Below are positions 1-12,874 of a stretch of 64,000 nucleotides of DNA, one piece after another. The stretch's first letter is position 1. Each line of letters begins with the position of its first letter. The position numbers and the translations under genes are program-made. Origin of the DNA: Conidiobolus incongruus B7586 (lineage: Eukaryota); contig JNEM01013732.1 of NCBI GenBank assembly GCA_000697335.1, positions 1-64,000 of the forward strand, read 5' to 3'. The notes beneath the pieces are model-generated. The model had not been told where the DNA came from and did not search any database. It worked only from the letters and a program-made list of their open reading frames with translations.

Positions 1-1039
1 TAATTAAAATATTAAATCAATATCTTAAAATTTAACTAAAATTTAAAAAAATTAAACTAGCTATAAATATATAAAACTTATTATAATATTACTAAAAATT
101 AATATCTTTATAATAAATTCTATAATTAATAAAATATAAATATTTTAATATAATTTTAGTTAAAATATAAATCCAAATAATAAAGCCAAAATAATCCCTT
201 TAATAAATTCTAATAAACAAAAATTTCTTTTTAAATAAATATTAATTATTATAATAAATTATAATAGTATACTTTAAATTTCAAGGGAAAATAAATTAAT
301 AAAAAGTTTTATCAAGTTTTTAAAAAAAACTATTATTCATTAATACTTTTAATATAATTGAAAACATTTGTAATTTTTTATAATAATTATATAATATATA
401 GTTATATGAAATTTTCTAGTTATGTATAATAAGAAAAAATTATCATATCTAATTTACTTATTAAAATATAACTTGTATAATTATAATTGCTTTAAGGAAT
501 AAAAAAATTAGTTTATAAAATAAAAAATTTTTATATAAAAATTAAATTCCAATCTTTAATAAAAAGGAATATTTTTTAGGTGTTAAAAGCATAGTAAAAA
601 TTTATTAATATTAAGAGAGTAATGATTTTATATTTTATATTAAAATATTTATTTAGTATCAATCTCAAAAAATTCTCATCATTTAAAATCTAGAGTAATA
701 TCAAATATCATATATAATAGCTGTAGTTTTAAAATTGATTGATTTTTTGATAATAAAAAAAAATTTGAAACATAATATAATCATATTATAATATAGTAAA
801 TTATAAAAAGCTCATAAAGTAAAAATAACTGGTAGAACAAAAACAGATATTGACTGAAGCAACAGAATAAGAATACACTAAATTAATCAACTATTTAATC
901 CAAGTTAAAGGCTAAATAACTTGCAGATTTTACAATGCGAATGTTACATGAAACCAAAATTTATTCGAATTTAGTATATAAAAGAATCCTATTAGGAGCT
1001 AAGGTTATATAATTGGTTATATGTCTATTACATAATAAA

Positions 1040-3940
1040 CTATCTACGAGGACGACGTCCAGAACCACGTTCTTCAAGGCGTTCTTCAATTGATCTTCGT
1101 TTAACAGAGTCTCGAGAATCATGTACATCCCTTGAAGGACGATCTCTATCTGGACGGAATGAATCCATACCTCTGCGACGACCTCCTCTTCCTCCAAGGC
1201 GATCATTAATATCATCACGAACACCCGAAAGTCGCTTACTAATTGGTGATTTGGAGCGCTCAGGGCGGTAACAATCTCCTCTTAATGGAATATCATCTAC
1301 ACGGCGACGAGATAAACGCTCTGATTCAGAGCCACTACCTCGCCTGCTTTCTGTACGACGATCCCTACTGCAAGAGCGAGAACCAGGGCGATAAGAATCA
1401 CCTTTACGATCCAGTCTACGACCTCTCCTGGGAGAAGGTGAACGACGATCTCTTCGTTTAGATTCGCGGGAAGGTGATCTTCTTCTATCATAATCAGCAT
1501 CGTTATCAATCTGGCCTTTTCTATCATCATGGCTACCTCTATCCTGTCTAGAGCTACGATGACTAGAGCTTCTAGGACTTTGGATAGAGTCCTGATGTCC
1601 TTTCTGAGATTCATCACTATATCGGCTATTGCGTGAACGGGAGTGTGGTGAAAGTAGTTTATTTTGACCATTTTCTCTATCACCATTTCCAAATTCATTT
1701 TGATTTCTATCAGATGAATCATTATTATATGAACCATTTTTTAATTTGTCGTCATCTTTATGGTCAGAAAGCCCTCCTTCTCTGGTCCATCGAAGTGGTG
1801 GTGGGTTTGAATCGGGCCTGAAAGGCATAGGTGGTGGGGGTGGACGAAATTGGCCATTCATCATGTTAGGCGGAGGGAACATCATTGGTGGGAATTGATT
1901 AGGAGGAGGACGAGGACGATTATAGTGCTGATTAGGTGCCATGATATCAGACATGAATGATTTAACTTGTTGTCTAGGATTGGGGTTTGCCTGACCTTCT
2001 CCAGATTCATCATTTTCATTATTAGGATTAGCTAATTAAGGATATTAGGCTTAAAAAACAAGAATTATTTGTCGAATAATTACCATTGTCGCCTTCACCT
2101 GAAGGTGGATTATTCAATGATTGGGAAATATCATCTTCATTATTGTACTCATTTTCATCATTTTCCCGTCCTGCTTTGGACTCAGCAGCCTCTTTTTGTT
2201 TAGCTGAAATGTAATCTCTTGTCACTTGATTGACACGTTGATTAATCTCTGGTTCAGTGACCAATGAATCAGGGACAATATTAGTCGATTGACACTGAGG
2301 ACATTTGAATCTTTCACCATGCTGTGGATTGATAAGCTCATTTGTAATGCATTCAGTACAAAACAAACTCGAACAGCAAGGTGTGGACACTGGTTCTTTA
2401 AGTAAGAGGTGACAAATTTTACATTGTAAGTCAACAGGAGCAGGGATATCAGCCCTCATATCTTCAATATTAGTTGAATTTCCTACAGTACGTTGACGAT
2501 GTTGTTGCCAAGCAGTGCTAATAATATCAGATTAGATTAGATTTTAAATTATATATATATTTAAACTTACTCATTAGCTTGGGCAATAACTAAATCACCA
2601 TCACTTGTAATCATTACACCTTTACCCTCAGGAGGTTTTTCAACAGCTTTCAAAAATGAACGAGGAATGCCAGTAGTTCTTTTGACTTTGGGTTGGTCAA
2701 ATTTCTTTTCACCATGAGTTGGACAAAAGGTAATGTAGTGACCTAAAATTAATATATAAGAATATGTTAAAAAATATCAGTAGCTTGAAATACCTCTTTC
2801 ACCACATCTGAAACATACATAGTTAGGTGGTGGTGGTCGATTAGCAAGCTGAGAATTATTTCGAATATTGTTAAATTTATTGCTATAGTTCTGAGTGCGT
2901 TTAGCCATTGGATTATTGCTATAAAATATATTTTAGTAAGAATATAAGTTATTTCAGCATTATTATTATTTTCAATTAATTTCACTTACGCTGCCATTTG
3001 ATCAGTTTGCTTATCAAATTGTTCAAAATTCTGTTTCATCATAGCATCAATCTTTTCGTCTTCATTTTCACCAGGTAAAACACCTCCAGATAAAGTAGGC
3101 TAAAAATTTTATTAGTTTTGAATAAATAAATATAAATATTATATATAACTCACAGTTGAAGTACTAAAATTGAATAAATAAAATTAAAAAATAAGTTACT
3201 TATGAATATAACGAAAATATAAATGAAAACTTACGAATTTTGTCCGAATAAACCACCCGATGAACTGGATCCACCCGGCATCAGGTTTATTCCTCCACTA
3301 GAGGAGGTACTCGCAGTTGGTGCTGCACTAGATACTGAATTCAAATAGTATTGAGCATTATATTTTCCACTAGCGGGAACTCTTTTTACGAACACGGAAG
3401 TATTTTTAGGGATTAGAGTCTGATCGTCTGTATACTCTAATATTCAATAAAATCAAATCAAAAATTAATAATTTTGTCAATATAAATAATGAAATCAAAT
3501 TATAAATTTGAAAAATATAATTTTTCAAGTGGATTGTTAAATACAAACTATTTCATTTGATTGAATAATAAACAAGTATAAAAAATAAAATCAATAATTT
3601 TTAGTATGTAATAACAATCAATGTTTATAAAAAATAAAATATAGAATAGTATACAAAGCCAATAAAGTTTGTAATAATAATAGAGTAAAAAACATTGAAG
3701 AATATAAAATTTAAATGGCGAATTTAGAAGTTGAAGAAAGCGATAAACTTTCATGTGAATAACGGATGGATTACCTTCATTGGTTTGAGCGTTAGAAATA
3801 ACGATATCGAAATCGGTACCCTTGAGTTTTTTAGCCAACAAGATTTCTTTCTTCAATTCGAAAAGAGAAATAGTTAAGCCTTCAAATGTGATAGAACTAA
3901 AGTCTTTCGCAGCCTTAAACTTATAATGAATCAAAGACAT
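1040..3940 (-). CDS. MPE1: Mpe1/RBBP6-like cleavage and polyadenylation factor (DWNN ubiquitin-like domain, zinc knuckle, RING, RS/RD-rich tail); multi-exon
   Basis: N-terminus MSLIHYKFKAAKDFSSITFEG...EYTDDQTLIPKNTSVFVKRVP is a DWNN domain. Zinc knuckle YVCFRCGERGHYITFCPT, KRTTGIPRSFLK motif and RING CKICHLLLKEPVSTPCCSSLFCTEC follow. Approximate exons: 3940-3775, 3436-3235, 3163-3154, 3099-2990, 2918-2794, 2742-2571, 2517-2084, 2031-1040, with GT-AG borders that keep frame. Confidence 0.92.
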
Positions 3941-4835
3941 TGTGGATTTTTGATCTTGACGAGAGTTTTGGACTTTTTATTTTTCTGGATACTGAGAAAT
4001 ATATAAAAATAAGAAGCAATAAGTACTCTGAAATATTATATAAAAATAATACAAAGCATAAAATAATAGAAAAATGTTTACCTTGAATATGAAATTATTA
4101 TAATAAAAAAAATAATTTCAGGTTAATATTAAAAAGGAATAGCAAAGCTAAATAAAAACAAACGATTGCAATGTTCACTATACAGTATATCGAATATGAT
4201 AGAGAATCTTGTTAGTAAATAGTTTATTTATTAATACTTTCAATATTTTTTAAATATAAGTGTCAAGAAAAGATTATTGAATTTGTTAGAAATTTAAGGG
4301 TAGAAACCTGTAAACATGATCATTTCCAATTTACTAAATTTAAACTCTCCCCACATGAATTTGAAATTTTAAATTTATGGGATATTTTATTTCCAAATTT
4401 AGAAATTTCATTAAATGACATATTTTATATGTATTCCTTTTTTAATATAAAAATTTAGATATAATTTTTTAATATAATGAATAAAAACATTGTCACTTAT
4501 AGTTTTTCAATTGTTACATAATGGTATTATATATTCGTATATATCTATCACAATAAACATACTATAATCTTTACCTAGATAATATTTTTTTAAATTAAAC
4601 AAGAAATTTATGAAATAATCTTTGAATGTTTTTAAAATGATTAAACCTTGAAGATTATTTTATTATTAAAAAATATTATTATACAATGTTTGATATAAAA
4701 TGATGGTTGTTTAACCAAATTCAACATCAAAGTATATTTGTAACTGTCTAAAAATATGATTTTCCGAATTATGTTGATTGAGAATGAAACAATATATCTT
4801 TGAGTGAATTATATTATTAAATATTTTTTCTTAAT

Positions 4836-7038
4836 TCAGTTCAATCTCTCATGCCCCTTAACACCTCTCGATCCTAAATCCATTTTAGCAGTCCTAGCTC
4901 CGAATTGAATAGCTCGTTTGGCAAATCGACACGCCTGTTTCAAGCCTAGTTGATGGGCCACCTGTCTGAGCATCAATTTATCGCCGACACCTTTAGGATA
5001 TCTTAAATCCATCTTGTACTGTATGGGAATAGTATTGACAAGATGGATGAATTCACGATCTAGGAATGGAAAACGTACCTCTTTGGAATGATCCGAAATG
5101 ACACGATCGTCGCGACCAAGATTACGGCTGGGTAATCTATCTACGTCTAATTGAATCTACAAATGATTATTAATAGTTAATACAATTTATCATCACATTA
5201 TATTACTTCACTGAGCAATCCTTCAAATTGATTGGATTCAAAAGCTCTTAAATGACGAGAATACCCTCCAAATTGCTCATCAGCTCCCAATCCTGATAGA
5301 AGGACCCTGCAGGTAGAATGATATGAAATATATTCCTAAATTCATATCTATTATATTTAATCAATCAGGGAAGATTATTTATATGTTACATTGGTATTTT
5401 CATCATAAACAACACCTATGGTAATCATAAAAATGAGTAAAGTGATGCGATTAATATTATTGATTATATATTACCTTGTCCCCTAGATGCAAACCAAAAA
5501 GCTAGCGCAATACTCTGTTGAAATAATGATTAAACAATGGTAATTAAATAAACAGTATTATATTACCAAATCCATGACTGTATCAGAAGGAAAGATTAAT
5601 TGCTTGATATGATCTGTATACTTTTGAACTTGCTCATAAGGTACATTAATCTCAACAAAATTCCACTTCCTATCTTTGCACAAATTTCTAATATACCATA
5701 TAAATAACAAATCCTATGTGCAATATAATATTGGATTACTTTAACTCTTCATAAGTTTGTTTTCCTGTTATCCTATCGGGTACATCGTATTTTTTAGATT
5801 CGTCGACTTTTTTATGAGATTGAATTCTTGGATTTTCAAACCCTACATTGAGTAAATCAATCGATATATGGGATGGTAAGTGTTCATGACATAATCTGGC
5901 TAATATGGCACAGTCTAATCCTCCTGAGAATAGAATACCAACTCTATAAAATACAATGTAAATTGAACGTAATTAGGTTAGATAGCTGATCTTGGTACCT
6001 CTTGTCAGGAATATTTTCAACTCGTGATTTGACACTTTGTGATAACTGATTCAATACACATTTTACTCTATTTAATGATTTATCATTAATCAAATCAAAT
6101 AACTCTTCTTGAGTGTTTTGAGTATTCCTTAATTCTTCAATAATGTTTTGATTGATAGCTTGACCAGGGAAGAACTAGATGGTGGACATTGTTAAATAAC
6201 AATTATATAATAAGAATACTAAGTATTACATAAAATATATTAGCACTTGGGTTCCAATGTAAAGGTTCTATTAAATTAGCAAACCCATCTTCTATTTTCT
6301 TCAGAGCTTCTTCATTCAAATTTAAATAATAAAAAGTGCTTGGATCCACTTCCTTCCAATCTTCGCTCTCAGGATTCCTGATAGCTAGTGATGAAATGAT
6401 AAAGTGAGGCAATTTTGTTGTTGGAAAGTGAATCAACATAGATCTACGTCCCATTGGATCTCTTCCAAAATACAAGCGATTGTGAGCTTTCTGAAAATTT
6501 TGTGAGTTTGTATGTATAATATGTGATGGACCATTGTGATATTACTTTATAATATAAAATAGAATAGGGACCTTCTACCCCACTTAAAAAATGCATAATA
6601 TCTTCATTCGTGATGCATGATGATAGTTGATTGAATAATATTTTGGTATCGTTTTGGTCAATTGGAATCTAATCATTATACATTAATTTTATATCCATAA
6701 GTTTTAAATTTATATTTACATCGATACCACCAAAGCATTCTCCATTGAACACCATCCAATCGCCTTGATTATTGACCATAGGTTGGGGAGTTACTTCAAG
6801 CCCTCTCAAGTGTAAAACAAAGCCACCAATATTAGGTCTGAGATGAGGTAAAAAACCTTTGGGGGATTGGATTTCAAAATGGTCAGGGCCTAATTATTTC
6901 ATGAATATTATAATACAGCCATTATACAGAAAACTGAATACCTCTATTGATATGCAATTTAATCAACTCCTGCCAACTTGGGTCATCGTTGAGGTTGTGT
7001 TGAGGATTTGGTGACAAACTAAATAATATCCCACACAT
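4836..7038 (-). CDS. Asparagine synthetase domain-containing protein (ASNSD1/YML096W-like); multi-exon
   Basis: Starts MCGILFSL (Ntn amidotransferase Cys2). Contains [68 protein letters not shown] and KRAIQFGAR. About 10 short GT-AG introns. Confidence 0.9.
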
Positions 7039-7295
7039 TTAATTGGTTATAAATCTATAAAATCTATTTAATTATTAAAAAAAATAATTGATTTAATTGT
7101 TTGCACTAAGTTCACATCTATACATAATCAATGAGCTGGGATTTTGTTTATGGGATTATAAATAGACATCAGCAAAATATGGTAACCGAATTAAAAATTA
7201 AAAAATATATATTAAAATAATTTAGTATAGAGATCTAAAAAATATGAAAATTTAATAATTAGAAAAAATGGATGAAAAATTGATTATGAAAAAGA

Positions 7296-7368
7296 TGGAG
7301 AATCGGGGTATCGATCCCCGTGCCTCTCGCATGCTAAGCGAGCGCTCTACCATTTGAGCTAATTCCCC
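7296..7368 (-). tRNA. tRNA-Ala (AGC)
   Basis: Reverse complement GGGGAATTAGCTCAAATGGTAGAGCGCTCGCTTAGCATGCGAGAGGCACGGGGATCGATACCCCGATTCTCCA folds as a 73-nt cloverleaf with anticodon AGC. Confidence 0.95.
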
Positions 7369-8178
7369 ATAATATTTTTTTTCATTCAAATTAATACAAG
7401 TGATTTAGGTACATTGTTAGCATTTTCAAAAAAATATTGAGATTGTTATACAATATCAATTCCATAAAATTTATCATTTTTATTGTTTGGTTATTATTTA
7501 TTTATATATTTATATACATTTTCATAATCTAATATTTTTATTATACTTCAATTTTCCTACATTTATTTTTTTAACACCTTTTCATTTTTCCTTTTTTAGA
7601 ATTCCATATTTCAAAATCTAAATTTTTTCTCTTGATTGTAAGCATTTTATATTATATTGAATAATAGGTAAAATAAGTTTCAATATTAATATTTTATAAT
7701 AATTATTTATATTAAAACAAACTTATTTTCATAGAAATTATGAATATAAAATAGTTTTTTGATACTTCAATTGAAATACTTGCCTTCTCCTTATAAGGAT
7801 ATCATATTTTAATACCCTGAATACATTACTGAGAAGAATTTTTTATTTTCTTCGCTCCCAGTTATCATTAATTGTAAATGAATAAGTCAATTTTAAATAT
7901 AATTAAATATCTCAGTTGTTTATCTTCTTGGATTTATTATTAATCAAAATAACACTATTATTTTATTTTGATTTGTAAATGTTAATGATTTGAATCAACA
8001 AATGTATTGAAAAATTTGTATTCAATAAATCTACTAAAATTAATCAAATTAATCCCACAATTTTATTTAAAATCTAATTTTTTTTCCTACAAATAAAATT
8101 TTTTTTAGTGATGGGAGCTTTTTACCCTCTCTGACACCATTTTAAACTATAATAAATTAGTGTGTTAATCAATCTATA

Positions 8179-8385
8179 ATGGACTCTAAGAACGCTGGAA
8201 TTAAATTGGCTAAAGTTACCAAAGTTTTGGGCCGTACCGGTTCCCGTGGTGGTGTCACCCAAGTCCGTGTCGAATTCTTAGACGATGCCTCCCGCTCCAT
8301 CATCCGTAACGTTAAGGGCCCCGTTCGTGAAAACGATATTTTGACCTTATTAGAATCCGAACGTGAAGCTCGTCGTCTCAGATAA
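8179..8385 (+). CDS. RPS28: 40S ribosomal protein S28 (eS28)
   Basis: [28 protein letters not shown]...[28 protein letters not shown]; intronless, with high-expression codon bias. Confidence 0.98.
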   Translation: MDSKNAGIKLAKVTKVLGRTGSRGGVTQVRVEFLDDASRSIIRNVKGPVRENDILTLLESEREARRLR

Positions 8386-10523
8386 ATGTATTATTGCACA
8401 ACTTTTTCGATTGATGGAAATCAAGTTTGGGAACTAGTGACCATTATTTGAAATTGATTAAAAAGCTAGTTTTTCAGAGCTACTGTTTAAATTTTACTTC
8501 TATATTTATCGTCTAAATTTTTTCTTCTAACTGGTTCAATTTTTTTCTTTTTCGACTAATAGGTGACTTTTCCAGACTCTGCTTTCCAACAATAAAGGTT
8601 TCCTCTCTCCTAACCTCTTGATATGGTATATAAATCGATAAAATAATTGATTGAAATGACATTTTGGTAGGTTTTAGGTATGTGATAATCTCGATCTTGT
8701 TAGTAATTATAAATCACTCCAAATTAACACTTAGATCTGTCAGAAATTTCACTTTTTTACACTCCTTAATATAAATAGATCATTTAGAAATGAAATCTTG
8801 AATTGAAACAAACTACTTCTAATTTTGTTCAAGGTTCTTTTTCTTCCAATCAGTTACAAATTTCTTCAGAGATCTGCTTGGTCACCAATTTATCCCTTGA
8901 ATGTTTTGACATTTCTTTATCTGACCGAAACTGCAATAGATCTTACATTATTTTCATAATTTTATTGATATTTAGCTCTCTTGAAAGTATCGGCTATTTT
9001 GATATCATAGTTGATCAAAATATTTACTGTTTAATTTTTAGCATATAATTCAATGTTTACAAAATGAATATCTTTGACGACTATTTCAAATTTTAATTAT
9101 AACTATTTTGATCTATGGATCCTCCAATATTCAAAACATACACAATCAATACTACCTATAGCATACCGTTTTAATCAACAACCTTCTCAAATTGTTTTGA
9201 TTGAAACTTATATTTAATTCTAAACTTAATAAATAGTTTATTTTGAAAATTAATTTTTTAACTATATTCTGGTTATAATCATGGTCTATATTTACTATAC
9301 AAAATGACAATAATTACTATTCTTTTAATATATGTAGTGATTATATTTAATTTATAATTTGACTATTGGCAAAATATATATTTAATTAAATTATATTGAG
9401 TCATCTATGCTAATATAATAAATCAATTATTGTAATTTAAATTTTTTAATCAAATTCAAAATAAAAATAGAAAATAATTTCTTATTTTGATACAAATATT
9501 TTGTAAAATATAACTTTCAATATAAAAATACATATTTAATATTTATTATCAAATAAAACAATAAAATTTAATTAATTATTATTGATTTATTTTTTTATTA
9601 TAAATTGATTATTTGATCAAAGTTTTGGAATTGATTGATATAAATAAATAATAATATTTGAAATGAAATTATTATTTTTAAACAATATTCCATTAAAAAT
9701 AATTAAATATTTTAATATTAATTTTCATTAAAATATATGATTTAATAATATTTAAATTCTATTGACTAATTATCTCAATAATATCAAAGATACGATAAAG
9801 ATTTATTAAAATAAACATTTAATTTTGGGTTGAATAGTTTTATCTATTATAATATTAAAATTATGCTATTGGTATTGTAAAGTATTTTTCAATAGTGCAA
9901 AACATATTAAACAGGCTAATAAATACAGGATTAATTATGATAAATGACATAACTATATAATTACTTTTATAACTTTTATCTAAATAATTTAATTCTCATA
10001 ACTATTACAGTATCTTTTTTTAAATTGGAATTTTTTCAGGCTATTTTCATTATGATTCAATATTAACTCTTAGGTTATCTTTATTGAAACTAATCATTAT
10101 GTAATTATTGATATTAATGATCATATTTTAATATGATAATTAACAAATAATTTTTATTCAAAAGATGATAACATATATTAATTTCTATATCAATTTAAAT
10201 ATCACATTAACAATAAAATTTTTAATCCCTTTTTTATCAATCTTTTATGGGTTCTTTTTTGCCATAAATTGTTATAAAACTAACCATGTTAAATTCATAA
10301 ACCTTGAGTGTATTTTATTTGAATGATTGCAATAATAAACAATTAGAAATTACATCATGATTATGCCTGCTAAAATATTTTCAAAATTTTGAATAAATTT
10401 AATGATGAATTTATGACATCATATACTAAATTATTTAGTATAAATAATATTTTTTAGTATCTAAAATTATTCAATATCAAATATTCTACACTATACAATT
10501 ACAAATATTATTTGCTATCAAAC

Positions 10524-10697
10524 ATGGCTGTAACATTATCTGATGTAATTAAATTAATTGGAGCTATCGTCTTACCTCCCTTGGGTGTGCTTTTGGAACG
10601 AGGATGTGGTACCGATCTATTGATTAATATCTTACTGACTCTCTTGGGTTATATTCCTGGTATTATTCACGCTATATTTATTATATTTAAGTATTAG
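10524..10697 (+). CDS. PMP3: Pmp3/UPF0057 plasma membrane proteolipid (57 aa)
   Basis: AIVLPPLGVLLERGCGTDLLINILLTLLGYIPGIIHAIFII. ATG at 10524; the ORF track starts upstream at a TTG. Confidence 0.93.
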   Translation: MAVTLSDVIKLIGAIVLPPLGVLLERGCGTDLLINILLTLLGYIPGIIHAIFIIFKY

Positions 10698-10912
10698 TAA
10701 CATCCTTTTAATAAATGTAAATATTGTGATTGAATTTTATATTATTTTTTCAATTTTTTCAATTTAAAGTATAATTTGTGATAAATTTATCAGATATTTG
10801 ATATAAATTAAATCATCATTATAAAAGAACTATATTTACAAAAATTAGTTTATTTCATATCCTGAATAATATATCTTGATAATTCATATAATATTTTAAA
10901 TAGCAGTTTCAA

Positions 10913-11752
10913 TTAACGAGAGGTGGATTTGATTATTTTATAACCAATATAACTACCTAAACCCAGCCAAACCCACCAATACTCATAGATCACTTGATCC
11001 AACAATTGTATCCAGTGTTCATCTTTATCATCGTCTGAACTTGATAAAGATTTCAGAGGCTTTAAAATCTGCGTCAATTTAAAGTGACGCTCTAAAGAAT
11101 ATTCCAACTCTTCAAAAGGTTTCAAAACCGGGTTTTCCTCTTCTAAAAACTCATCCTCTTCAATTTCGTCAAATGCGTCCAACTCGTTATTATTATGATT
11201 CCAAGGGAATTCGCTCTCTACGCCCTCAAAAACCTGTTGAATAGGAGTAGGTAAATCGTTCTGCAATTTCTTCAACGTACTCAGCTTCTTCTTGTGGGAC
11301 TTCTTCCAACTCAACTGGTACCTCGGCTGCAAAGTCTTACACAATTTGTTAAGTGGTAGCTTATCAGGAAAGTGTTTAAATATCAATTCCAAACTGAGCA
11401 TCAGTTGCGACGTCCACAAATTATTAAACCCCAAATTAATTATACCCTCATCCGTCAGCCCCAACAACCTCTGTCCCGAGAGCTTGGTATCGAGACAAAA
11501 GTGTTGAATATCTCTAGCCATAAATGGGGGCAACTTCCACAAATTAATTAAGAAATTACCTACTTGCATAGATGTCCAACTCAACATCGGGGTTTTTGTA
11601 TGCGATAAAATATCTTCTAATTGATTCAGGTCAATATAGATGTCGTGACTGATTTCGGTTTTCAAATCCGGATGTAACTGGGGTGGCGAAAACGTCGGAG
11701 TTAGAGGTAACTGCTCAAAACTTGGTGTCTCTGGCGATTCGCTAGAACTCAT
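10913..11752 (-). CDS. Hypothetical protein with a SAM-like domain and a C-terminal tail anchor
   Basis: 279-aa ORF. LSWTSMQVGNFL...LSGQRLLGLTDEGIINLGF fits the SAM pattern W-x3-V-x2-F/W...G-x2-LL-x-L. Ends in hydrophobic WWVWLGLGSYIGY followed by a basic tail. Confidence 0.7.
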   Translation of the reverse strand: MSSSESPETPSFEQLPLTPTFSPPQLHPDLKTEISHDIYIDLNQLEDILSHTKTPMLSWTSMQVGNFLINLWKLPPFMARDIQHFCLDTKLSGQRLLGLTDEGIINLGFNNLWTSQLMLSLELIFKHFPDKLPLNKLCKTLQPRYQLSWKKSHKKKLSTLKKLQNDLPTPIQQVFEGVESEFPWNHNNNELDAFDEIEEDEFLEEENPVLKPFEELEYSLERHFKLTQILKPLKSLSSSDDDKDEHWIQLLDQVIYEYWWVWLGLGSYIGYKIIKSTSR

Positions 11753-12323
11753 GATTATTCAATATAATTACAATTTAACAATTATTAGTAATATATTTTT
11801 ATATAATTAATTAAATCAACCAAAATTTAAATCAATTCAAGAATAATCAACACCTATAAATTCCAATAAATATAAATCCAAATAATTTCTATTATAGTTT
11901 TTCCAAATGGTATGATTGAATTTGATTGCATTTGTCAAATGCACCAATGAAATCATTTGAATTTGATTCAGTTTTGTGCTTTTAGAGTTAAACCAATTCA
12001 TTTCAAAAAGTTTAGATTAAGTAAATTTAGCTGATGGGAAATTTTATATTTAGTTAGTATAGTTATTTGGAAACATGCAATCAATATGGATGTTCTACAT
12101 AATATAGTATCATAATGATAACATTAGAAAGTATATGAAAATCGAATGATTTGTGAGGATTTGTTATCAATTATAAGCATCATTAAAATGATTAAAGATA
12201 ATATGGTTGATATGAGATAATAGTTAAATCAATTTGTAATTGTGGCACTTTTAACATCATTAAATTGAAGGTGAGAGTAAAAGAAATTGGAATGAGAAAA
12301 AAATAAGTCTTTAATCTAGATAA

Positions 12324-12407
12324 TCCGACCAACCGGAATTGAACCAGTGACCTAGAGATTACAGCTTAAACTACAGTCTCCCGCTCTACCAACTGAGCTA
12401 TAGTCGG
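12324..12407 (-). tRNA. tRNA-Tyr (GTA) with an 11-nt intron (12360-12370)
   Basis: Reverse complement CCGACTATAGCTCAGTTGGTAGAGCGGGAGACTGTAG-[TTTAAGCTGTA]-ATCTCTAGGTCACTGGTTCAATTCCGGTTGGTCGGA. Removing the intron after position 37 gives a 73-nt cloverleaf. Confidence 0.93.
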
Positions 12408-12874
12408 TTAATTTCTATTTCATATTGATTTCAAAGAGTTCCCAATAATCTGAATAGATACGTTTTGTAAGTCTTTTTCCACATTAATTCCATCAATAAT
12501 TAAAATAACCATTATTTTTTTTACATTTGATAGCACTCTTATATATAACACATATTTTATTTAATATATTCTTCATAAGTTCTCTTTACTCTTTTCAGTT
12601 TCTTTTCTTCTTTACTCGTATTTCATTTTAATTTTATGATAATTCTATTCCATTATTTTCCATCTACCAATAAATTTGAAGGTGATTTATATAATTTCAA
12701 AGTTAATTTTTCAATTAAATATTCTTTTTTATCATGATTTTAGTTTAATTTTTAAAATTTTAATTCCTTGAATTTAATTAAAAATCAAAATTAAATCAAC
12801 AGATAATTGAAAATCACTCCTTGATTTCAATTTCATTAAATAAATTAATTAATAATAAAAATAAATATATAAAA

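Noticed and set aside
961..1821. Several overlapping alternative-frame and antisense ORFs
   Set aside because: Shadows of the low-complexity MPE1 last exon.
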